Source: Candidatus Krumholzibacteriia bacterium
Lineage (GTDB): Bacteria; Krumholzibacteriota; Krumholzibacteriia; LZORAL124-64-63
DNA length: 64,000 nt
NCBI GenBank assembly: GCA_050174015.1
Contig: JBFXKG010000005.1
Coordinates: forward strand, 32,001-96,000
Reading direction: 5' to 3'
Shown here piece by piece: positions 38,287 to 46,660 of this stretch. The notes below the pieces were generated by a model that saw nothing but the letters and a program-made list of their open reading frames with translations, was not told where the DNA came from and did not search any database. The stretch's first letter is position 1; each line of letters begins with the position of its first letter. The position numbers were made by a program, and so were the translations under genes.

Positions 38287-39738
38287 ATGATCCAGACCAA
38301 CCGTTGGCTGACCGGCCTGGTAATCCTGGCGGCGCTGCTCACGCTCGTTTCGTGCTCCGACGATGATCCGGTGACACCGACTCCGGAGCCGACCGGATCG
38401 TCCCTTCCCTTCCCGGATTCGCCCGAGCAGTTGATGGCCAACTTCGTGGCCGCCTACGAAGCCATGGATGCCGAGGAGATCGGATACCTTCTCGCGCCGG
38501 AATTCCAGCTGTTCCTCAAGGACGCCACCGTGGGGGACTTCCCGGTCCTGGGTCCCACCCTCGATCGCGACGAAATGGCCGTGTTTCACGATCGGATGTT
38601 CGCTGGAGAGTCCGGCCGTGATGCCCTGGGCAACCTCACCAATCCGATCTCTTCCATCGAACTGATGGAGCCGGTCCAGTTGACCGATTGGGGGCCCACG
38701 CTTTCGGGGGATCACCTGCAAGGCGTCCCCTCCGCGCTTTTCGAGGTTTTCCTGTACTTCCTCCGGGCGGGCGACAAGACCCTGCAGGTCCAGGGGCAGA
38801 TCCGGTTCTTCCTGTCGGAACAGGATTCCCTGCACCAGGGCGTCGTGCGCCCGTGCTTCCGGCTGGCGGGCCTGGCGGACTTCACCGAATCCACCAAGGC
38901 TGATGAGACCGTGGCTTACGGGAGCGTCCTGGCCCTGTTCCGGCCGGAATATTCGACCGGAGGGGTCGTCGTCCAATGTCGGCCCAGCGGGATGTCGGCT
39001 GCCTGGACCCTCACCGGCCCCGAGGGCTACTTCGCCCAGGGCGAGGGCGATGCAGTGATCCCGGATCTCGATCCCGGTTCCTACACGATTTCCTGGGAGG
39101 AACGTGACGGCTGGGCGGGACCGGGCGGCCGCACGGGGAACCTGGAGGCCGACCGCGCCCTGACCTTCACCGGGACCTACCAGGAACGCTGGCCGTTCCC
39201 CGATTCTCCCGCCCAGCTGATGGCCAACTTCCGGACAGCCTACGAGACCAAGGATCACGCCCTGTATCGGAACCTGCTCGATCCGGATTTCCTGATGTTC
39301 CTGAAGGAGTCCACCATTTTCGATTTTCCTGAACTGGGAAGCACCCTCGATGCCGCCGAGGAGTTCGGCATCCACGAGGCCATGTTCGCGGGTTCGGCTG
39401 GCCGGGACGCCTACGGCAACCTCACCAACCCCGTCAGTTCCATCTCGATGGGCTCTCTGGTGCAGATGACGGACTGGACGGTCAACCCGCCGACCGATCC
39501 CATCCCCGGCGGGAAGAGCGCGTTGTTCGATCTGGCCATCGACTTCAACCGGGCGGGGGACAAGACCCTCCAGGTTCGCGGCCAGGCCAGGTTCACGGTC
39601 GTCGCCGCCGATTCCCTGCATCTGGGAACCCTCCGTCCCCACTACCGGATGTTGGGGCAATGGGACTTCACCGCCGAGGATCTCCTCAAGGATGCAGGAG
39701 GCTCGAGCTTCGGGTCGGTCAAGGCCCTGTGGCGGTAG
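38287..39738 (+). CDS. Lipoprotein with two duplicated ~180-aa domains around a PEGA-like module
   Basis: Lipobox LVSC. Repeats begin PFPDSP(E/A)QLMANF at 38407 and 39193 and share 'GRDA.GNLTNP.SSI' and 'RAGDKTLQV.GQ.RF'. Ends SSFGSVKALWR. Confidence 0.8.
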   Translation: MIQTNRWLTGLVILAALLTLVSCSDDDPVTPTPEPTGSSLPFPDSPEQLMANFVAAYEAMDAEEIGYLLAPEFQLFLKDATVGDFPVLGPTLDRDEMAVFHDRMFAGESGRDALGNLTNPISSIELMEPVQLTDWGPTLSGDHLQGVPSALFEVFLYFLRAGDKTLQVQGQIRFFLSEQDSLHQGVVRPCFRLAGLADFTESTKADETVAYGSVLALFRPEYSTGGVVVQCRPSGMSAAWTLTGPEGYFAQGEGDAVIPDLDPGSYTISWEERDGWAGPGGRTGNLEADRALTFTGTYQERWPFPDSPAQLMANFRTAYETKDHALYRNLLDPDFLMFLKESTIFDFPELGSTLDAAEEFGIHEAMFAGSAGRDAYGNLTNPVSSISMGSLVQMTDWTVNPPTDPIPGGKSALFDLAIDFNRAGDKTLQVRGQARFTVVAADSLHLGTLRPHYRMLGQWDFTAEDLLKDAGGSSFGSVKALWR

Positions 39739-41098
39739 GTCCGGTCGCCGGTCGCGAACCGAAACGCAGGTGGCCGGCCAGCCACTCGCCCAGCCAGGCG
39801 GGGTCGGTCGGCCCGGTCTCGGTGAAGAGTTCCGGCGGGTAGATCGACGGCATGATCTCCTGGTACTTGTCGTGGACCACGAATCCCACCGGGGCCAGCG
39901 TCTCATCGAGGTTCAGGGTTCCCAGGGGGAATCCCACGGGGCCCACGTCGAGGGAGAAGCGGGAACGGCCGCCCTCGCCGGCGAAGTGCCGGATGCTGTA
40001 GGCGTGCAGCCTGCGGGCCTCGAGGGGAACCATGTAGGGGGCGGGAAAGTTCGGCAGGACCAGCCGCACCAGGGCCGAATCCGGCTCGCTCGATTCCGGA
40101 TGGGCCAGGGAATCCACGGATGCGCCCCGGAAGTGGTCGGCGTCCAGGATGACCACGGTGGCCCCTTCGTAGCAACGGGCGTTGTTCGTCCCCGACACGA
40201 CGAGTTCGTTGGCCCCGTCCCCGTCGAGATCCACGATCAGGTGGTCGTTGAAGTGGCCGTGATTGGCGTACTGGCCGAGCAACTTGCCGTCCCGGTCGAA
40301 GCGGCACAGGATGTAGGGATAGTTGTTGGAATGGAGGAAGCCCGCCAGGAGATCCGGCGTCTCTCCGCCGAAATCCAGGGGAATCAGCCAGTTCCCCAGG
40401 ATGTTGCCGCCGGCGAAGACGTCGGCCCCGAAGGCCGCCTCGACGGCGCCGAGGTCGGGTCGAGCCGTCCACAGGACCTTGCCTCCGGACCGGTCGCGGG
40501 CCTCGATGACTTCCCCGCGAGGGGTCTTGGCCAGGAAGTTGACGATCAGCACCTGGTCCGACCAGGGCGCCGGGATGCACTTGTGGACCTCGGAATCCGC
40601 CCCGATACCCCACAGGCGGGTGCCGAACACGGCATCCCGGACCACCAGTTCGTTGCCCTGGACCGACCACTCGGCGTGGCTGCAGGCCCACCGCCATCCC
40701 GCAAAACCGGCGATGCCCAGCAGGATGAGGACCGATCCGAACAGGATCGTGGCCAGGCGGCGGCGCGAGGGCGCGGGGGCCGCCACCTTGGCGAGGCCGT
40801 TCGCGGCTCCGGCCGGAATGTCGCGGCGGGGGATCTCTTCCCCTTGCCCCTCGGACCCGCCGTTGGGAATCCCCGTGAGTTCCGCCAGCGGGACGTCCAG
40901 GGCCTGGGCCAGGAGCATGAGGGTCTTCTCCATGACCCGCTTGCGCTTGCCCAGTTCCAGGTCGTGGACCGTGCGGTAGGAAAGGCCGGCCTTGTCGCCG
41001 AGATCGGCCTGGGTGAGGTGACGTTCCTCCCGCAGATCGCGCAGACGGCGGGGAAAGTCCAGACCGCGAAGATCAACATTTTGTGAATAGTTTTTCAT
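39719..41098 (-). CDS. Membrane-anchored XRE-family HTH regulator with extracytoplasmic propeller-like domain
   Basis: N-terminal 'LRDLREERHLTQADLGDKAGLSYRTVHDLELGK', one TM (LATILFGSVLILLGIAGFAGW), then a domain with FG-GAP-like 'DLDGDGANELVV'. Confidence 0.8.
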   Translation of the reverse strand: MKNYSQNVDLRGLDFPRRLRDLREERHLTQADLGDKAGLSYRTVHDLELGKRKRVMEKTLMLLAQALDVPLAELTGIPNGGSEGQGEEIPRRDIPAGAANGLAKVAAPAPSRRRLATILFGSVLILLGIAGFAGWRWACSHAEWSVQGNELVVRDAVFGTRLWGIGADSEVHKCIPAPWSDQVLIVNFLAKTPRGEVIEARDRSGGKVLWTARPDLGAVEAAFGADVFAGGNILGNWLIPLDFGGETPDLLAGFLHSNNYPYILCRFDRDGKLLGQYANHGHFNDHLIVDLDGDGANELVVSGTNNARCYEGATVVILDADHFRGASVDSLAHPESSEPDSALVRLVLPNFPAPYMVPLEARRLHAYSIRHFAGEGGRSRFSLDVGPVGFPLGTLNLDETLAPVGFVVHDKYQEIMPSIYPPELFTETGPTDPAWLGEWLAGHLRFGSRPATGPTATGP

Positions 41099-41458
41099 TG
41101 TTGTCGTATCGTTTGCCGGCGCAAGGCCGTTCTTATCAGTTCATCGAGTTTTCCGGCATCCTGATCCCGGTGATGTCGAAGCAGGAATCGCCATATATTA
41201 CCGTTAATTCCAGGCGTTTCAACTCATTTCAAGTCGCTTCCCTTGCAGTGGGGGAGCGGTTTGTCCAAAATGATAGCATCTCTGCAAAGGGTGCGCGGAT
41301 TGGATGTCATGGAAGCCACCCCGCCGCAATAAGTGCTTGGGCGAGGCGCTTGGTGGGGTGGCTTCCTGCTGTCCGGATGGGGATTTTCCTTCTTTCCCTC
41401 ACCTTGAATTGTCCGTATTAATACGTTTGCAGCCAACCTACCCCTTCAGGAGGCACGC

Positions 41459-43177
41459 ATGGGCCGAGGTGACCGGTTCAACCCGTTCCTGCTCTTCGGA
41501 ATCATCATCGCGACGACTATTCTCACTTCCTGCGGCGGCGGCGACGACGGCAACCCTACCTCCGTCACCACCGGCACGGTGACCGTCGACGTGAGCCCCG
41601 ACGGGATCGGGGCGAACTGGACCCTGAGGCAGGAGGGGGCGATCATCGCCCAGGGTCCGGAGGACAAGACGGTCACCGGCGTGGAGGCGGGCATCTACGT
41701 GATGACCTGGGACCGCAAGGACGGCTGGGCCGCTCCCGACCCCATCACCGAGACGAAGACCCTCACCAGACAGGGCCAGATCACCTTCAGCGGCCTGTAT
41801 CAGGAGGCGAACGGGGTCATCGTCATCGACACCGAGCCCGACGCCATCGACGCCCCCTGGCATCTGGACATGCCGGCCGGCCTGGAGACCTCCGGGACCG
41901 GCGACACCGAACTGACCCTCATGGCCGCGGGGGAGTACACCCTGACCTGGGGCGCAGTGGAGGGATACTGGTCCCCCGAGCCCGACGAGGTGGACGCCAC
42001 CCTGGACCAGGAGGAGACCCACACCTTCACCGGGACCTACGTGAAGCATCCGGGGACCATCGTCATCGAACCGGTTCCCTCAGGGCTGGCGGCGCCATGG
42101 TCCCTCTACACGCCCGGAGGCGTGATCATCGAGGGATCCGGAGCGCAGACCCTGGTGGCTCCCGCGGTGGGGGACTACCTCATCACCTGGCTGGCCGTCG
42201 GAGGGTATGCCGCTCCGCCCAAGGAGTCCCTGAACCTGGTCCAGGACGGGACCCTGACCTTCACGGGCTACTACATCACGACCAGCCTCGAGGGGTTCGT
42301 GATGGTCCCGGACGGGACCTTCATGATGGGCAGTCCGGTGGGCGAGGCGGGGCGCCAGCCCGACGAGACCCCGCACCAGGTCACCCTGACCCGGTCCTTC
42401 TTCCTCCAGGAACGGGAAGTCACCAACGCCGAATTCGTGGCGCAACTGCAGTGGGCGCTGGACCAGGGCCTGATCGCCGCGACCTCCTCGACGGTCCATC
42501 TGGACGACCCGGGCGATCCGGGGGTGGAACTGGTGGATCTGGACGACCCCTATTCCCGCATCGGCTACGGGGGAGGCTCGTTCACCACCGACCGGCCCGA
42601 CTGGCCGGTGGTCGTGGCGACCTGGTTCGGTGCGGCGGCCTACTGCAACTGGGTCAGCGAGAAGAGCGGCCTGCCGCAGGCCTACGCTTACCAGGCCAAC
42701 GGGAACTGGCTGTGCAACGGCGGGGACGTCTACGGGGCGCGGGGATACCGCCTGCCCACCGAGGCCGAGTGGGAATACGCCTGCCGGGCGGGCAGCGCCA
42801 CGGCCTTCGCCAACGGCCCCATTACCCCGTTCGAGGTGACCGAATGCCACGCCGACCCGGTCCTGGCGGTCATCGGCTGGTACTGCGACAATGCGGGAGA
42901 CGCGCCCCGCGACGTGGGCACCCTCCAGGCGAACGCCTGGGGCTTCCACGACATGCACGGCAATGCGCGGGAATGGTGCCACGACTGGTACGGCGTCTAC
43001 CCGGTGGTATCGGTGCAGGATCCGGAGGGCCCCTACTCCAACGAGGTCCGGGTCATCCGGGGTGGGTATTTCGGAAGCTTCCACATGGATTGCCGTTCGG
43101 CCCGGCGGTTCGAGCTGACGCGGCCCGACCAGGGCGACTACGAGGCGGGGTTCCGGCTGGCGCTGTCGGCCTACTGA
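41459..43177 (+). CDS. FGE-sulfatase (SUMF1) domain lipoprotein with three PEGA-like repeats
   Basis: Lipobox LTSC, three ~75-aa repeats ending 'TF.G.Y', 'FMMGS', 'EVTNAEF', 'YRLPTEAEWEYACRAG', 'DMHGNAREWC', 'RGG', 'GFRL'. Confidence 0.88.
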   Translation: MGRGDRFNPFLLFGIIIATTILTSCGGGDDGNPTSVTTGTVTVDVSPDGIGANWTLRQEGAIIAQGPEDKTVTGVEAGIYVMTWDRKDGWAAPDPITETKTLTRQGQITFSGLYQEANGVIVIDTEPDAIDAPWHLDMPAGLETSGTGDTELTLMAAGEYTLTWGAVEGYWSPEPDEVDATLDQEETHTFTGTYVKHPGTIVIEPVPSGLAAPWSLYTPGGVIIEGSGAQTLVAPAVGDYLITWLAVGGYAAPPKESLNLVQDGTLTFTGYYITTSLEGFVMVPDGTFMMGSPVGEAGRQPDETPHQVTLTRSFFLQEREVTNAEFVAQLQWALDQGLIAATSSTVHLDDPGDPGVELVDLDDPYSRIGYGGGSFTTDRPDWPVVVATWFGAAAYCNWVSEKSGLPQAYAYQANGNWLCNGGDVYGARGYRLPTEAEWEYACRAGSATAFANGPITPFEVTECHADPVLAVIGWYCDNAGDAPRDVGTLQANAWGFHDMHGNAREWCHDWYGVYPVVSVQDPEGPYSNEVRVIRGGYFGSFHMDCRSARRFELTRPDQGDYEAGFRLALSAY

Positions 43178-44526
43178 GCGTCGCGCTCCAGCAACATCAG
43201 ACTTTCGATGTGCGCCGTCTGGGGGAACATGTCCAGGACCTCCAGGCGGCGCGGTGCGTAACCGGCGGCGTGCAGGCGCCCGACATCGCGGGCCAGGGTG
43301 GCAGGGTCGCAGCTCATGTACAGGATGTGGCGGGGATCGGCTTTGAGCAGGGCATCAACGCCTTCCTTGCCCAGACCGGTGCGGGGCGGATCCACCAGGC
43401 AGAGCGAGGAGGCCCATTCGGCCGGGGAGGCCAGGTCGGCCTGGCCCATCACCTGGGCCAGCGGGCCGGTGTGGACGGTGGCCTTGCCCCGGGCTGCGTC
43501 GTCGCGGGCGATGTTGTTGATCGCATCGCGGCAGGCCGGCTGGTCGCTGTCGATGGCCACGATCTTCTCGAACAGATCGGCCAGGGTGAGGGTGAACAGT
43601 CCGACACCGCAGAAGAGGTCGCCCAGCAACGGCCCGAGCGAGCCCCTGTCCCGCAATTCGACGATCCAGTCCCGCGCCAGGGCGACGGCCTGTTCGGTCA
43701 CGGCCAGGTTTCCCTGGAAGAAGCTCTGGACTCCGGCGCGCAGGGTGTGCCCGGCGACGGTGTACAGGAGATAGTCCCGGCCCCAGACCGGCAGGTTGTT
43801 GAACAGGATGCCGGCGCAACCGGGCGCCGGCGCCTCCCCGGGTCCGAGGGCGGAGATGATCTTCCTGAGCACCTTGAGGCGGGGCGGTTGCCCGAAGATC
43901 GACAGGATCCAGCGGGACCGTTCGTCCTCGCGACCGTCCATCCTGACCACGATCTGGTCGACCGGAGGCAGGAAGCGCAGCCAGGGGAGGATCTCCAGAT
44001 TGAACCGCTCGGGCATCAGGGGGCAGGCGTCCAGCTCGACCACGTCGTGGGTGCCGCGGCGCATCAGCCCGTACCGGCCGGTGGGGCTGGAATACAGGCG
44101 GATGCGGTTGCGATAGCCCAGCTCTCCGCCGGGACGGGGGCCGGCCAGCAGGCCTGAAACGTCGAGCTTGCCCAGGCGCTGGAAGCAGTCCAGGACGATC
44201 TCCGCCTTGCCCTTGCGCTGGGCGTCCTCGCCGAGGTGCTGGAGGTCGCAGCCCCCGCACTCACCGTAGTGGGGGCAGGGCGCCTCGCGCCGGTCGGATC
44301 CGTTTTCCAGGATGGCGACGACTTCGGCCCGCAGGAAACCCTTGCGGGCCTCGACCACGCGGACGTCGGCCAGATCGCCGGGTGCGGTGCGGGCCACGAA
44401 GACGGCCTGGCCCTCGTGGCGGCCGAGGCCGGCACCTCCGGTGACCAGCTTTTCGATGCGGACCTGGAAAGAACCGTCGTCTCCGGGCTTTTCAGGTGCG
44501 GGGTTTACTGTATTCTTCTTTTCCAT
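43171..44526 (-). CDS. rlmD: TRAM-domain 23S rRNA m5U methyltransferase (RlmD/TrmA family)
   Basis: TRAM domain, 'CPHYGECGGCDLQH', 'SFFQGN', 'DLFCGVG', 'VDPPRTG', 'YMSCDPATLARD', 'DMFPQTAHIE'. Confidence 0.9.
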   Translation of the reverse strand: MEKKNTVNPAPEKPGDDGSFQVRIEKLVTGGAGLGRHEGQAVFVARTAPGDLADVRVVEARKGFLRAEVVAILENGSDRREAPCPHYGECGGCDLQHLGEDAQRKGKAEIVLDCFQRLGKLDVSGLLAGPRPGGELGYRNRIRLYSSPTGRYGLMRRGTHDVVELDACPLMPERFNLEILPWLRFLPPVDQIVVRMDGREDERSRWILSIFGQPPRLKVLRKIISALGPGEAPAPGCAGILFNNLPVWGRDYLLYTVAGHTLRAGVQSFFQGNLAVTEQAVALARDWIVELRDRGSLGPLLGDLFCGVGLFTLTLADLFEKIVAIDSDQPACRDAINNIARDDAARGKATVHTGPLAQVMGQADLASPAEWASSLCLVDPPRTGLGKEGVDALLKADPRHILYMSCDPATLARDVGRLHAAGYAPRRLEVLDMFPQTAHIESLMLLERDAQ

Positions 44527-44615
44527 GGGGGCCAAACTTAGCATGGGAAGGCCCCCTGGGCCAGAATTGGAACAGGATGAAATGGGGCCGGGGGCTCGTG
44601 AACCGGGGACGGCGC

Positions 44616-45260
44616 ATGCGCAGGAGGCGTGAATACAGGAGAATCCAGGCCCGGAAAGGGTTGCCGGCGCTTGTTCCGGCGCTCCTGCTGGTCTGCTGGC
44701 TGCTGCCCGGGTGCGGCCCGAAGCGGGTCGTCCAGACCCGGCCGGAGCTCCCCGGGGAGGAATTCGATCTCACCCCCACCCCGGAACCCGTGCCGAACTG
44801 GATGGAGCCGTCGGCCTCCGATGAGGGGGATTCCGGCGTGGAGGACGTCGGGGCGGTCGAACCGGTCCCGGGAATCGATCCCGGCCAGGTCACCCTGGGA
44901 ATCGAAGCCGCCTCCCTGGCGCGCGAGCAGCTGGGCAAGCAGTACCAGTGGGGCGCGTCCGGGCCGGACCGGTTCGATTGCAGCGGGCTGGTCCATTTCG
45001 TCTACGGCAACCTGGGCATCCAACTGCCTCGCACGTCCCACCAGCAGGCCGGAGTGGGTGATCCGGTGCCGCCCAGGGAACTCCAGCCGGGCGACCTGCT
45101 TTTCTTTGCCTTGAAGGGTTCGGGAATCGATCATGTGGGGATCTACCTCGGGAAGCAGAAGTTCATCCACGCCCCGCGCCGGCACCAGCCGGTGCGCACC
45201 GACAGCCTGAACGACACCTGGTGGCGCCGCCGCTTCAAGGAGGCCCGACGGATTCCATGA
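44616..45260 (+). CDS. NlpC/P60 (C40) peptidase lipoprotein
   Basis: Lipobox LPGC, 'YQWGASGPDRFDCSGL', 'PGDLLFF', 'HVGIYLG...FIHA'. Start uncertain. Confidence 0.9.
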   Translation: MRRRREYRRIQARKGLPALVPALLLVCWLLPGCGPKRVVQTRPELPGEEFDLTPTPEPVPNWMEPSASDEGDSGVEDVGAVEPVPGIDPGQVTLGIEAASLAREQLGKQYQWGASGPDRFDCSGLVHFVYGNLGIQLPRTSHQQAGVGDPVPPRELQPGDLLFFALKGSGIDHVGIYLGKQKFIHAPRRHQPVRTDSLNDTWWRRRFKEARRIP

Positions 45261-46660
45261 TCACGAGGCGAGGCATGCTGGTCGCGGCGGCCCTCGGACT
45301 GTTCGTTGCCCTCGGCGCGCCCGCTGCGGCCGAATCCGATGCGGGGGTGGTGCGGCAGACCTACTGGGGTCCGATTCCGGCCCGGGCCGATTCCGTGACC
45401 GTCCCCCTCGACCAGCCTCCCCGGCCCTGGTGGGAGACGGGTCTGCTCGTGCCGTACCACCTCGCCGGCGTTCCCTTCCGCATCCTGGACACGGCGGTCC
45501 AGGAGACGGTCGAGGGGCTGGACGCGCTGGGATTCTTCGATCTGCCGCCCGCCCCCTACCCCGGCCTGCACCTGCCCCCGGACCTCTACCTCATGCCCAA
45601 CGTCAAGATGGAAGGGGGGGAGGGTTTCTCCTTCGGGGGGGACCTGACGGCTCCGGACATCATCGGTCCAGGGAGCCTGGGATTCCTGAAGGGATCCCGA
45701 TCCACGCGAGGGGGAACCGGTCTGGGCGGCGGCGTCCTCGCCTTCCCTCTTCCCGGCTGGGAACTCCAGCTGGGCGGAGGGCTGGAATCCTGCCCGGTCG
45801 CCCGCTATTACGGGCAGGGCTCGTGGACGACCGCCGACGATCTGAGCTATTACCGGCGCCGGTCGACCTGGGGCGGAATCGAACTGGACCACCGGACCGA
45901 CGGTTCCCTGTCCCATGATTTTCATCTGCTGTTCAGCAGGGTGGAGGCCGACCCGTCGCGGTTCCATACCGATCAGGCCCTGGCGGTGGTCCACCATGAT
46001 CCGGCGCCCCCTGGATTCGGGTCCGAGAGCAACGGCTGGACGGTGAGGCTGGGCGTGCACCGGGACACCACCGATCAGACCGGACGTCCCCAGCACGGCC
46101 TCTTCCAGACGGCGGCGGTGGGGTACTTCACGGCCACGGACGGGAGCGACCTCCACCACCTGACCTACCACCTGGACACCGAAACCTTCATCCCCCTGTG
46201 GCATACCCAGCGCACCCTGGCCGTGCGCTGGTTCTACAACCGCATCCACAACGTCTCGTCGGGCGCCGTGCCCTTCACCCGCCTGGTCACCTTCCAGCGT
46301 CCTGACGAATTGCGCGGCTACCGGTCGCGGCGGTTCTACGGTCTGGGCGCCATGGGGATCATGGCGGAGTACCGCTGGCCCCTGTGGGTGGCCCGAGGCC
46401 GGGACGACACCGGGGTGGACGCCTACCTGTTCAGCGATGGGGGCCAGGTCTTCGACCGGACGGCGGACATCGCCCTGCGGAACGTCAAGATCACCGGCGG
46501 CGTCGGGCTGCGTCTGGTGAACGGGAAACGGAACCTGGCGGCCAGGATGGAGCTCGGCTGGTCGGACGAGGAACCGGTGTGGCGTTTGAAGTTCAGCCAG
46601 AACTTCCAGTACGACAAGCGAGGGCTGGTCTATGGCAAGGATCCGACCGAAACCCGCTGA
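45257..46660 (+). CDS. Omp85/BamA-TamA-type outer-membrane beta-barrel without POTRA domains
   Basis: Signal peptide, amphipathic beta strands, Omp85 loop-6-like 'LRGYRSRRFYG', 'AEYRWPL', 'DGGQVF', 'GGVGLR'. ATGA overlap with nlpC. Confidence 0.75.
   Translation: MITRRGMLVAAALGLFVALGAPAAAESDAGVVRQTYWGPIPARADSVTVPLDQPPRPWWETGLLVPYHLAGVPFRILDTAVQETVEGLDALGFFDLPPAPYPGLHLPPDLYLMPNVKMEGGEGFSFGGDLTAPDIIGPGSLGFLKGSRSTRGGTGLGGGVLAFPLPGWELQLGGGLESCPVARYYGQGSWTTADDLSYYRRRSTWGGIELDHRTDGSLSHDFHLLFSRVEADPSRFHTDQALAVVHHDPAPPGFGSESNGWTVRLGVHRDTTDQTGRPQHGLFQTAAVGYFTATDGSDLHHLTYHLDTETFIPLWHTQRTLAVRWFYNRIHNVSSGAVPFTRLVTFQRPDELRGYRSRRFYGLGAMGIMAEYRWPLWVARGRDDTGVDAYLFSDGGQVFDRTADIALRNVKITGGVGLRLVNGKRNLAARMELGWSDEEPVWRLKFSQNFQYDKRGLVYGKDPTETR

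Noticed and set aside
37783..38287. Small ORFs (37783-37986, 37819-38196, 37973-38287) as intact genes or a complete IS element
   Set aside because: Only 27 codons resemble an integrase. No RBS-supported gene, terminal repeats or target duplication were found.
42900..43177. Diversity-generating retroelement target (FGE/C-lectin fold C-terminus)
   Set aside because: No reverse transcriptase and no adenine-variant template repeat were seen in the window.
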